Assembly (NCBI GenBank): GCA_050273025.1
Contig: CP158636.1
Location: 8,556,001-8,620,000 of the forward strand
Length of the DNA: 64,000 bases
From: Cenococcum geophilum
Taxonomy: Eukaryota
Reading direction: 5' to 3'
Shown: one piece after another, positions 12,171 through 24,990 of the stretch
How the letters are laid out: every line of letters begins with the position of its first letter
Numbering within the stretch: position 1 is the stretch's first letter
The notes under the pieces: generated by a model
Databases searched by the model: none
What the model saw: the letters and a program-made list of their open reading frames with translations, nothing else
Told to the model about the DNA's origin: nothing
Translations under genes and position numbers: made by a program

Positions 12171-14730
12171 TTAAATATTCTTATAAAGCCAATCTAAAGA
12201 ACGCCGGCCTCGTAGCTGCTCTAGCTAGTTAATAGCCTATCTCTTATCTCTTACCGTACCGTCTTCTACGCGCCGTCTTATATCCTTAATTATCCTATGG
12301 CGATAGCTATAGAATATAGCCTCGCTATTAACCCGCTAGCGCGCCTCCTAGTAGTAATTAAGAGCTTTAATTAACGGCCCACCTGCTAGCCTTAAAGTCT
12401 ACTTAGCCTAGAGCTAGAACACCAAATTACCGCCCTAAAGCATCTTATATTTCCTTAGCAGCGCCTATAGGTTAAAAATAAATAGGAGAGGTAGTTAAGT
12501 ATCTGCTTGCGCCTACGCTAGCGGGGGCAGTGCGGATATAGTAGATAGCTAAGTAGGGGGTGCGGATATTAGCTAAGTAGGGGGTGTGGGTATTAGCTAA
12601 GCGGGTAGTGCGGATATAGTAGATAGCTAAGTAGGCGGTACAGATATTGTAAATAGCTAAGCAAGTGGCGCGGATATGGTAGACGTTATAATAGACGGCG
12701 TAGGCCCGCCTAAAGGTAGATATATAGACTTTGTAGGCCCTATCTAGATACCTATCTTTCCTTACTAGATCTATATAGGTATAGGTATAAATAATACCAA
12801 TAATTTCTCTATCTTACTAAGGCGTTCTAAGATTATATACACGTGTAATTAAATACCTTTAATCTCTAAGATTACGGCCTTATATCTTAGCTTAGCTACG
12901 GCCTTATAGGCGGGCTAGTATTTCCGCATTATTAGCTTATTTAGCATAACTACGTTAGCTAGTAAGCTTTTTACCTATATAGCAAACCTCTAGTACTCCT
13001 TACAGCTAAAGAGGGAGTTCTTTTATAGAGGGTAAAGCGGGAACTGCTTACGTAGGATTACTAAGTCCTATAATAGGATTACCCTAAATATATAGAGGAG
13101 GCGTAGAAATTCTAAGCCCGTAAGGTTAAGCTATATAACCTTATTATCAGCCCTATCTAGGTAGTAGGTCTCTATACATTTTAGCTAAATATTAGTCTTA
13201 GGCTATATCTTTAAATAAAGGGCCTCCTCTAGTACCTCCCGCGTATAGGGGAGAAAGTAGCCCTTTCCTTTTTTTAGGAAGCTAGCAATTAACCGCATAA
13301 ACATATAGGGTAGGTAGCTAAGGTAGGCTCCTATTATCGCGTCCATATTCTAGCGTCTGGCCCGTTTAATTTAGGTCTCCTTAACGCCGCTAAACTTAGC
13401 GTGCCAGACGCTCTACTTACGGGCGCTATAGGTCTTCTCTTTTAAGTAAATCCTTACTCCCTAGAATATCTTTTTATTCCATTTAAACTGCGTATAATAG
13501 CTTAACGGCTATTATAGTACTTTAATACTGCCAGGGAAAATATATAGGTTATAGTAGTCCTCTAGCTACTAAAAGGATGGGAAGTTCTTAGTACTATTCT
13601 TACCCTAGCAGTTAAAGAAGTAAAAGGCTATTATAAAGAGAGGGTAGAGGATAGGGCTAGCGTTCCGTATATAGCCTATATACTTAACCTTACCATACTA
13701 GTTCTACTTCCCCTATATTATTAATATAATTATATATAGCGCTAGCTTATTTAGCTTAGGCCCTTTATTCTCTAGTTTAATAAGGACAAGGTTAGTAAGC
13801 TAAATATCCTATCTACTTTTACCCTAGGTAACGGTAGTATAGCCTAAGAAATGGGTTAGAAAACGGCAGCCGTATAGACCAGATAGGGTATATAGTAGTA
13901 GTAATATATAAACCTAATAAATACTCGGCCGTAGTTTAAAGGTAAGACTTAACTAAACCTAGTATCTTAAAGCCCGTCTCCTAGCCCTAAGTAATCGCCC
14001 TTTTAAGCCCTTTAATATTATAGCCGCTAGTAATTATAAATAGGCCTTAGTTAATAAAGTTAACGCATTAAATCTAGTCCTTATTACGGCGGACGCTGTC
14101 TAGTATTACTAAAAGCTTCGCCCCCCATAGCGGCTATAAGGCCTTACCTTTTAATTGCTATATATAAAGCTTAGTAATAGCGAAGAGGTAGCTATTTATA
14201 ACTAAGTATCGGACTATCTTGTTAAATAGGGCATTTAGGGCCTCCTCGTCCTATATCTCTTCCTCATCCTTTATAGCTTCCTCTACGGCTATAGCTGCCC
14301 CTACAGCTGCCCCTACGGCTGCCCCTATAGCTGCCTTCCCCCCTAGCTGCCCTCCCGCCGTCTTTTACCTTTTCTTTACTCGCTCGCTATCTTTCTATAT
14401 CTCTTTTTATTTTAACTTCTATTTTTAATAGCTAGCGGCCCATGATTTTTGGTTAATAACTTACTACTCTAGAAATAGGTAAAGCTTATCTTCTATTACC
14501 CGGGCGCCGTCCGTATTACCTTTTAGTTTCGCGCACTAGTCTTCCCACTCTTTCTGCTTTAGCTCGTACGCCCTTATAGTATTCTTTAAGCGCTAGGCCT
14601 TATAAATATCCTATAGCCGCGCTGTTTGGGCCTTAAATTCGCTATAGAGGCTATAGGGGGGGGAGGCTAGGGGGGCTTCCTTTAACCGTAAAGTGGACTA
14701 TAGGGTAAGAAGATTCTTAAAAGACTCTAT
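12171..14730 (-). pseudogene. Full-length RIP-degenerate Crypton recombinase: NDC10_II domain, Pro-rich linker, GCR1_C
   Basis: Same motifs as copy 1. The frame continues across 12717 (GPTKSIYLPLGGPT) into the GCR1_C-like domain, with a stop at 12171. Confidence 0.85.
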
Positions 14731-15444
14731 ATCTGTAAGAGGTAAGGGGGGAGACGTATAAGCGCGGTATGGGTAAATAGAGCTACCGAACGCGTAAATA
14801 TTAAAGGAAAAGGGAGAAGAGGGCTCTATATTATAGAATTAGAATTACAGTAGGCCTTTTTATATAAAATTAGAAGCCCCGCGCGAGCTAGGAGCTAGCG
14901 TAGGTATAAGGACAAGAGAGGGTTGGAAAATGGGATTGTTAAGGCAATGATGAGGTTAAGGGCGCGCGTTAAGGACCTCTATACTAACCTAGTACTAACC
15001 TAGGCCTCAAAAACGCGTCTGAAAAGTAGGGGCCACCACTAAAGGGGGGGGGGGTAATATTTAGATGATATGTCGCGGACCTTAGGGGGTTGTGTGTAAC
15101 CTAAGGTTATGCTAAGCCTAACCCAGACCTCTGATACCTACCTATTTATACCTACCTGTCTATATTACCTTAATTTAATCGATTAATTTAATCATTTATA
15201 GTATTTACTGGCTAGTTATTTAAACGGTTGTTATCTAGCTCTAGTAGCGGTCGTCTAGCTCTAGCTTTAGTCGTTTAGCTCTAGCTCCGGTTATCTAGTT
15301 CTAGTAACGGTTATCTACTAGCTGCCGTTCTGGTGTTTCCCTAGGTAGGGAGGATGTAAGGAAGGAAGGGTAAAAAATAAGGTGGCTACCTAGGTGTATA
15401 TAGGGGTATACTTGGCAGAGGCTATTGGGAATATAGCGGGGACC

Positions 15445-15865
15445 CGATGCAGAGCTTCGCGCAGAGCTTCGCGCAGAGCTTCGCGTAGAGCCTCGTGCAG
15501 AGCCTTTGTACGCAGAGCTTCGTGTAGAGCCTCGTGTAGAGCTTCGTATAGAGCTTCGTGTAGAGCTTCGTGCAGAGCTTCGTGTAGAGCTTTATGCAGA
15601 ACTTCGACCAGACCCTCGAGTAGAGCTTCGACCAGACCCTCGAGCAGACCCTCGAGCAGACCCTTGAGCAGAGCTTCGACCAGAGCTTCGACCAGACCCT
15701 CGAGCAGACCTTCGACCAGACCTTCGACCAGACCCTCGACTAGACCTTCGACTAGACCTTCGACCAGACCCTCGACTAGACCTTTGACCAGAGCTTTAAG
15801 CAGACCCTCGACCAGAGCTTTGTATAGGCATTCGTGCAGGCGTTTGTGTAGGCGTTCGTGCAGGT
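15445..15865 (+). repeat. 12-bp minisatellite (GCAGAGCTTCGT, grading into ACCAGACCCTCG)
   Basis: Directly visible; the same unit occurs at 51555-51970 and 55705-56390. Confidence 0.95.
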
Positions 15866-16489
15866 AGCGGAGGAGTAATAAAGTAGGTAATAAGGTATAG
15901 AATTAATCTAGATACAATATATTAGCTATTTAGGTGTTTATCTACTATAAATATTAATAATTAGTGGCTCTGGCTGAATGTTTACTATTTTAGTGGTAAT
16001 ATTTTAGGCGAAACGTAGCGGTAACCACCAGGCCGTTCGCAATAACTTTGGTAGCGTTAAAATCGCCCTATAAAGCTCTAGAACGTAACGTTAGCCAATT
16101 ATTTATAAAGGCGTTAGTTCGTTATTAATTAATAGCTAAAAAATTAGTATGGCGCATGAGTTTATATAAGAATTATATACAAATTGGCGCAAGGGACTAA
16201 TAAATTTCCGAACTGTGTACTAGACTTATCTCGTTCCCAGACCTTCTTACCAAGGCTTACTTACTAAGCCGCTAGCCGCTTTTAGTAAGACCTTCATTAG
16301 AAGGTCTATACGGTTCGGATTTTTATTAGTCCCGCGCGGGGCATTTAGGCCTATATATACCTACTTTAAGCCAAATTATCTTAACTTCTATAGCTCCCTA
16401 AGCTATTCCTAATGGCTAGAATTACTAAATTAAACCTAGTAAAGAAGACTACGTTACCTAATTGACCCAATTCCAATTTATTATCTTAT

Positions 16490-17731
16490 TATCGGACCTA
16501 ACGCCCCCAAGTTATAGCAGCCGTACCTCTCCCACAACTACCGCCGCCCTCTTCCTACTATAGCTAAAGTACCTAAACTAACGAGCTAGCTTTAAATAAA
16601 AATTAAGGACTATAAGTCTTTTATTCTAAATATAAAAGAGTTAACTTAATATTAGAACAGCTATATAAGCACCACTAGGGTATTATAACTTTTATTAAGC
16701 ATTATATAACTGCTTCTAGCCCTTCTAATTATAATACGCCAGAGTAACGTATAAATAGGCTATAGAAAGCAATATTTAAAGAGCTAAAAGTTAAGGAACG
16801 GCTTATAGTATATAGTAATTGCTAGCTAGGAAGGCTCTATTAAAAACCTCTATATAAGTAGATAAAATAAGAGTTAAAGGATTTTATACGCCTAAGAGAA
16901 GAGAATAGAGTTATTATTCCTAGTAGGCTTAGATAATTTAACGCTAAAAAACCAGTTAAAAAGCTTAAGCTTAATACGATTACTGCTAATATATAGTGCC
17001 TTACTTTAACGCTATAGAGCTTCCTTATAGCTTTAGTTTAGTAAAGGCTATATGCCAATTCTTATAATATCACGCCTTACTATAATAAGCTCTTTATAGT
17101 ATACGCAATCCTAATAAATATATAAGCCCCTTAAGCTAGCTACCAGTTCTATACTACTTTAGGGGTTTATTTACACAATATAGGTATTAAAAGAAGGTAT
17201 ATTACGCTTTTTTATAAGTTAGAAGTTATAATATTATATACCAATCTTACTAAAATATAAAAGGAACTAGAGAAAGTTAGTAGGGTATATACTTCCACAC
17301 TTAAGGGTTTAAATAAGACGCCTCTATCACTACAAGCAAAGGGCATAGTTAAGGTATCTTAGCTATAGATCGCGCACTTAAGGCTTCTTAGTCACTACTA
17401 GTGTAATAAATAGTAGCTCTCTTATAGCGCATAATTAAGGCAACTACTTTAAAGAACCGGAACCAGCTAACGGTTATATATAATAACTTTAACTAGAATA
17501 AAAGGGTTTAATACAAGACTATACTAAATACTAATAAGCACCTCTCCGCTACTACTTCTAAGCTTATACTTAACCCTAAGTTTCTATATAACGGTCTTTA
17601 TACTTTTATACTTAAACCTACGGAATAGCTTACTTATAGCGTAATCTTTAATCATCCTAGCAACTAAGCAGACAGCTATACGGAATAGTGCTAGTTATAT
17701 TAAATTGCTAAGGCTATTACGTATATAATAC
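16490..17731 (+). pseudogene. DUF6589-like putative DDE transposase, 5' part (start approximate)
   Basis: NQLTVIY[D]NF[DW]N[E]RV...HLSATTSKLI at 17461-17570. The frame continues across the Gypsy TSD into 36801. Confidence 0.7.
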
Positions 17732-19235
17732 TGTAACGGGACTAGCCCAGTTATAGTAGGAATGTCTCGGTGAAACACTTGATAGATAAATTTTGACGCT
17801 TTAACTAAATTCTGCCAGATTAATTAAATTCTACTAAAGTCCGTCGAAGACCGCGTGCGTACGTGCGCGCGCATCGACCACTAAGCCCTTGACTATTTAA
17901 TTATATAATTCTCTTATTATTCCTTTCTCTTCTTTACGCAACGTCTTATTCTCTATAAGAGATATACCTATAGATTTAGATAGAAATTATATTATTCCTT
18001 TAAATCTGCCCTAAAGCCTCTTTACGCCCTTATATTACGTTGCGTTAATACTAATACCCTTAAAATAGTAAACAAACTTAAATCCGCCACGTTAACTATT
18101 ATAACCCTAGTTAGGGAATAAATAACTATAATACAACAGTCCTTTATAGATGCCTTGGTCTAGTAATAAACTATACTAGAAGCTTAGTATTAGTAATTAA
18201 TTAAAGCAATACGTAAAGAACTCTATAATGCTAAAGTACTTGCGTTAAAGACCCTAATAGTAACACTTATAAACAAAATTAAAATAACTATATATAAACC
18301 TAACCCACCAAATATAAACCCTAAACTAGTAACGGCAGCTTAACCTATACCTATAACGAACCTAGTACCTACTATAAAATCTAAAAAGCTCCCTAACCCT
18401 CTAATATTTAATAGAAATTAAAATAACCTATATCCCTTTATAACTAAGCTCTATCTTAAACTTTTAATAAACTATAACTAATACCCTATTAAAGCTAGCA
18501 AGATTAGCTATAAAATGTCTTATTTAAGTAAAGACGCTACATAAATTATAGACCCATTCTTCCGTAATAGCACCTTTATTAATTTTAAAATCTTTATCTC
18601 TCTATTAAAACGAACGTATAATAACGCCAGCCGCGAACATATAGCTGTTACTAAACTTAAAAACCTATAATAACGAAACCGAGACTTTACCAGCTTCTTT
18701 TCGGAATTTTTAGGCCTTATTAGTAAACTAGATTGGAATAAAGCCGCTAAAGTTACTATTCTCCGTTAAGCTATTTTGGATAAAATTAGAGTATAGTTAG
18801 TAGGTAGAGAACTACTAAAGGATTTACCCAAATTTGCTATAATATATTAACGAATTAATAAGGACCTTTAATACAATAAATAGACTTATTCCCTAAAGCT
18901 AACTATACCTTATGTTTAAAACTCTATAAAACCGGTATATACCCTAAAGCGCAACCCGTCTCTAAACCTAAAAAGTCTTATATATAACCCTATAGACCTT
19001 AATACTACTTAATTCTATATACCTGTCGGAACGTTAATTATATAACGTGGTTACGAGACCACGTAACAAGGTTAGCTAACCTGACCTTGGAGCAACCCCT
19101 TACTTCTAGATAACAACCAACTACCAACTTCAACACCGCATACGTACCACTATAAGTGATATTCGTGCACGTTGATAAAGAGAGTTATACCAACACTAAT
19201 TAGTAGACGTATAGATTAGGAAATACGCAATAGCA

Positions 19236-19545
19236 AAGCTCGAAACCATATATTGGCTTAACTGCTAACGCGTTAGATCGCAGAGCTATCGCCCTATTTT
19301 AGTTAAAGGAGAAAACTATGTTACCCTTAAAGCTCGAAACCACATATTAGCTTAACTGCTAACGTATTAGATCGCCTAGAGAACCGTATCTTTACTCAAA
19401 GAGAGCTACATTATCCTTAAAGCTTAAAACCACGTATTAGCTTACTGATGCATTAGATCACCTAGAGGACCCTTAAAGCTTAAAACCACGTATTAACTTA
19501 ACTGTTAACGCGTTAGATCGCCTAAAGGACCGTATCTTTGCTAAG
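19236..19545 (+). repeat. About four imperfect tandem repeats in the Copia 5' UTR
   Basis: Recurrent core aagctcgaaaccacatattggcttaactgctaacgcgttagatcgc. Confidence 0.85.
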
Positions 19546-22500
19546 AATCGTCTACAGTGTCCAAGAACTGTAGATTCGTTAATAGGACACGTATATACCT
19601 TTACACCCTTACCTTAAACCTAACAACTACCCTTATACCTACCCTCATACACCAAGACACGATAGTATGGAAATTAACTGGAAGGAAAGAATTACTAAAT
19701 ATAGCTACGGAATTAACTTGGAAACGGCTATAGATGATAACCTAATGGAGTATATAGAGACCAAGATGCACCTATATATACGATCTAACCTTATAGACTT
19801 TGCATTATAGACAGTATTTTAGGAAGACTTTAAGAACTTTATGCTGGAGACCTTTAAATAAGTATAATCTAATACTAAAATGGGAATCCGTTAATACCTA
19901 GTTAAGAGAGGAGTATATATTGTTAAGTAAGATAAGAGATACTCCCTTAGTAAGGTGCTAATGGACGTTGCTAATAAAGAAGAGTTTTATAAATAGACGG
20001 ATAAGGAGCTTATTACGGCCCTTACAGAGGTAAAGCTAATAATTATAATAACTCTGCAAGACTAACTTAATTCGACCTTAGATAAGCTTACTATACCTCT
20101 AGCCCCACTACCACTATCAGCTACTCTACTAACTTCACCAGCTATTCCAGCTGCTATACTACTAGCTACTCTAATTACAGCACCGCTAGCTACTCTAATT
20201 GCTACCCCCACTACCCCCGCTACCCCTCCTAGTCCTTAATCCTCTAATTACAACTAAATCCACGCTTTTATTGACTAACTGCTATAGCCAAGAGAGTAGC
20301 AACTGCAGCAGCTATAGTAACTATAGCAGCTATATATATATATACTACCTAAACTAGCCGTGCCTAGTGTAGAGCAAGGACCTAGATATAGTAAGGAGGT
20401 GGCTATAATTGCAAAGATCTATACAGACGACCAAAAGTATAATAGAGTTAATAACAGCTTTAACTTTAAGCTAACCATCTTTTACAATATCTGTAAGGGA
20501 TCTGGCTTACCACTAGAAGGCTATATAGTAGCATTCCCTAGCATACTAAAAGGGCTTACTTAGGACCACTACTATAATAGTAACCTTAAGTTAAAACCTT
20601 TTATAGAAGCCTGTAACTATATACAACAATTCTTTAAAGGGCCAGAATACTACTATAAGAACCTTACGGAGTAGAACAGTATAACCCTCTAAGGAGTTAT
20701 AAACGAGAACCCTAATAGGTTAATCTATTAGAACTTCTAACTACTTATAGATAAGCTGCTAAAGCAACGTCATAGACTATACCTAGACTTCCGTATAAAC
20801 CGCATTTTTATAAATAAGCTGGTTACTGCTTACTAGGGAGTACCAATATACCGTATTGCTATCTCTAACCCTTTAGAAGACCTCTCTTAATTAATTAGTA
20901 AGCTATAATCCTCTATTATTACATAGGAAAAAGAATACCCCCTATAGGCCTTAATAAGATCGTCTTACCAAGCCTTTTTTACAGATTAATGTTACTACTG
21001 AAATGACCAGAATTGAGACCAAAACACTAATCGCTATAGTAGCAATCACCCCTATAGAACTAACGGCAGACTAAAGGCTAAGTACTACGTCTATAAGAGG
21101 GAGGACTGCCGTTTATAGAAATATATAAAGGAGGAGCGTAATTGGTCCAGAGACAACTATAAGAGACGTTTTATTAATATTAAGGGCCGTAATAAGGGCA
21201 ACTTTAATAACCACTTTAAATAATACGTCGCTGCCTATAAAAGAGATGAAGAGGATAACTTAGACTTTAAAGCCTATACACACGACGCTAATGACTCTAG
21301 GAGCGATGCTGGAGAACCTGATAATAGTTCTACCTATATTACTACCTTTAGAACGCTTACTATAGAGAAAGCAACCTCTATAAGCGTAGAGCTAGCTAAT
21401 AAGGCTTATACGCACCTGCTTATGGCTTTAATACTTACTACAGAGTCTACTATGGAGCCTCACACGGAGACCGACCCATTTGCCTATAGTACGGCTACAG
21501 CTATAGCGTTACGGTACACCTCAACGGTCTTTATAGGAATTATAATTAATATAGCTGCTTTACGCAAGTCTATAGCTAGCTATGGTTAATTCTAAGCTCT
21601 ATAGGCCGTAGATAAGTCCGTAAGTCTTAATATGTTAACTAAGGGCTAAGTAACTATCCAATTCGGGATCGGAGCCTCTACGTTTATTGGAACTATAGAC
21701 GTCAACAGCCCCATAGGTAAGGTATAATTCCATATCGTTAAAGCAGATACTCCCTTTCTACTTTACTTAGCAGATATGGATAGACTCTATATTAAATACG
21801 ATAACCTAAAGAACGTCATTATTACTCGCACCAAAAAGGTGCCAGTGGTTAAATGATTTGGCCACCTATTTCTCTTATAAAGCTTCTCCTTATAGTCTTA
21901 TCTCGTTAAGTCTTTTAATACAAACCCTTACTATTTAACCGACGTAGAACTACAACGCCTATACCGTCAATTTGGTTACCTATTAGTTAATAAACTATAA
22001 AAGCTTCTTAATAAAACTAGCCACAGCTATAACACTGATAGATCTGCTATTAAAGAGCTAACTAGACTCTGCTACTATTGCTAGAAGTTTAGCAGATCTC
22101 TAGGTAGATTTCGCTTCACCTTATAAAACGACGTCAATTTTAATTATAATATTATTGTTAACATTATATATATTAACGGCTCCCCCCTACTATATATAGT
22201 CGACAAAGCAACTTAATTTTAAGCTAGTAGATAGCTACGAGATATCAGCGCTAAGTACACTTAGGACGTTCTATAAATGTACTAGATTAATAGCTATTTA
22301 GGACTACTAGACTTAATCACTACAGACGCTAGGAAGAACTTTATTAATAAGGAGTTTAAATACTACGCTGCTACTATAGGAGTAACTATAAAGTTAGTTC
22401 TAGTCAAATTACACAATTCCATTGGAATGGTAGAACGCTACTATAGTCCGCTACAACAAGCCTACTAAATCATTACAACTGAAATCCCTGAAATTAGCAA

Positions 22501-24779
22501 GGAGATGGCCCTATAAATGGCCTTTAAAGCTATTAATAACACGGCTAGCCTAAAAGGCCTAGTCCCTATACTCCTAGTCTTTAAAGCCTACCCCTAAATA
22601 GTTAAATTGGACGCGCTATTACCTTCAGTTATACAGCGAGCTGCGGCCATTAAGAAAGCAATGGTGGAAATCTAGAAGTTATAAGCTGAACAATAGATTG
22701 CTAACGCTCTTAATATGCGAAATAGACTATAAACTAACGCTATTTACGGCCTCCTATCTAGTTCGCCTATCTTAGTCTAAAGAGAAGGTAATACTAGCTA
22801 AAGTAGTTATTAGGACGGACTATATATACTACTCACCGTTAACGGCGAGACCTATACCGTAAAGCTACCAAATAGGCCTATAACCTTCCGCTTTATGGTT
22901 GTGAAATCTTACCTACCGGACCTATAAGACTTAGTCAAACCACGAGAGTCTGCTGAATTAGATAAACTAGTACCTTTACTAGCCGAACCTTAATCGTTAC
23001 CTAAGGCTGAATTATAGCCACTGCTAAAGCGAGGTAGAGGTCGCCCCTGTAAATACCTATTGCTTATAGCTGTTGCAGATATAGCTGTTATGGATACTAC
23101 GATAGATATAGGCGCTTTTATAGGTGATATTGCGGATATCGCTAATATCGCTATCTACCTATAGGACGATGATACCACAGATACGGCTGATACTACTATT
23201 TACTTATAAAACGATAGCAACACCTAATTTAGTGCTTTATGACAAAAGGAGGTTATAGGCCTACTTAAGAAAGGCGTCTTTAAGATTATTAAGCTGCACA
23301 ATATACCAAAGGGGGTTAGACTCTTTAATTTATAGTTTGTTAATAAGATTAAGAATAAGGGAACTAATAAAGCCTTTAAGAAATTACGACTTGTTGTATA
23401 GGCCTATAATGACTTAAAGAAAGAGCTAGTCCTTACTTAGTCACTAACAATTTAACGAGTTAGCTAGCGACTGATTCTCTATATTGCTGCTATACTACCA
23501 TAGATATAACTTTACCTCCGAGATATCTTATAAGCCTACGTCCAGTCTACTACGAACCTAAACCGCGAGTTCTATATATAACCACCACATAAGCTAAATA
23601 AACAATTGGGAATTAATACGGACTCCGTTCTAAAGGTTATAAAGCCACTTTATAGAGTACCTAAAGCTAGAAACTACTGGTTTAAGACATACTATTTATA
23701 CTACGTCAATTAGCTGCGAATGAACCAGTCCATGTATAACCCTTGCTTACTTTACAGCAATAAGCCTTTTGGAATTGTTGGCCTATAGACTAATAATATA
23801 CTATTCCTTATAGATAACACCTTTATAGAGGCTAAACAAAGCGAACTATATAAGGCCGAATTTATAGCTAAGGAGCGAAAGCAACTAACCGCTAATATAC
23901 CAATTAAGTTTAATAGAGGACTTATTTAATTAATATAAAACGGGAGTATTACGCTAACGTAAAAGCGCCAGTGTGAGAACCTTAGTATAGTTAACACTAC
24001 GCTAGTAGACAGCACTAGCTCTAGAGGAGTTACGCATAGCCTACTTATGCTAAAGAACTAGTATATCACTTAACGCGCTAGAGGAGCCTATATTACCTTA
24101 GTTTATCAGCTAGAGGCCTTATTTAACCTATCCTTTACTACCCAGGTAATTAACCTAATTAAAGATAATGTAAAGAGTCTTAATAAGCAATTAAGCTAGT
24201 AGATTAAGAACGTAAATAGAGGCCTAAAGTTCATCAAGCTAGACGTTAACACCTTACAACTCCTGGTATTTATAGACGCTTCCTTCGCCAATAATAAGGA
24301 CCTATCTTCGCAAATTAGCTATGTTATTGTACTAGCTAACGCAACTAAGAAGGCCAATATCGTCCATTAGAGCTTAATTAAGTGTAAAAGAGTCACTAGA
24401 AGTATTCTGGCCTCTAAACTCTACAGAATAGCTTACGGCTTTAATATCGCCATCGCCATTAAGTCTACGGTAGATAAGGTCCTACAGACCAACCTCCCGC
24501 TTATACTTTGCACCGATTCTAAGTCGCTATACAACTGTCTTATATAACTTGGAACCACATAAGAGAAGCGATTAATAATTAATGTAATATGCCTATAATA
24601 AGCCTATAAACGTTGGCAGATTACAGAGGTTAAATAAATTGATGGCGAAGCTAACCCTACGGACGCGATGACTAAGGGGAAGCCTTATATCGCCCTATAG
24701 CGACTTATTAACACAAACTAAGTCGATATATAGGCTGTAGGTTAGGTAGAACGTAAGGAGTAATAGAAGGTGGCTTGCG

Positions 24780-24990
24780 GGTTATATAACTGGCAGAAGA
24801 CAGCAGAAACTTATATAACCGGCAGAAGATGGCAGGAAGTTATATAATTGGTAGAAGTTAGGTTTAATAGAATTTGGTAGAAATTGGTAATATAGCAGAA
24901 TTTGGCAGAACTCTATAATATAGCAGAATTTGGCAGAATTCGGTAATATAACAGAATTTGGTAGAAAATTGATAAGTCGGCAGAATATGG
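24780..24990 (+). repeat. Short tandem repeats in the Copia 3' UTR
   Basis: ttatataaccggcagaaga... x3, followed by gcagaatttgg repeats. Confidence 0.8.

Larger units (their letters stand above)
8860..15140 (-). mobile_element. Crypton copy 2, structurally complete (about 3.5 kb without the Copia insert)
   Basis: No TIR or TSD; flanked by the direct hexamers TATCTA (8860) and TACCTA (15135). The recombinase reads continuously into GCR1_C on the minus strand. Confidence 0.9.
4563..16215. mobile_element. CATCAGG-ended, satellite-rich DNA element (host of the Crypton pair); right boundary uncertain
   Basis: Starts tattaggatttttttttaggca, matching the left end at 54540. 4563-5036 and 15141-15870 are collinear with 54540-56400. 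Candidate right end ...tttccgaactg at 16215. Confidence 0.65.

Noticed and set aside
6179..12722. Second Crypton inserted in reverse inside the first
   Set aside because: That would give A-B-A(reversed)-B(reversed); the second A is in direct orientation.
5031..15140. Starship captain or DIRS element
   Set aside because: Motifs are NDC10_II + GCR1_C (Crypton type), the unit is about 3.5 kb, and there is no RT or cargo.
15394..15867. 157-aa RAS-repeat ORF
   Set aside because: Translation of a 12-bp minisatellite; GTG start; no unique sequence.
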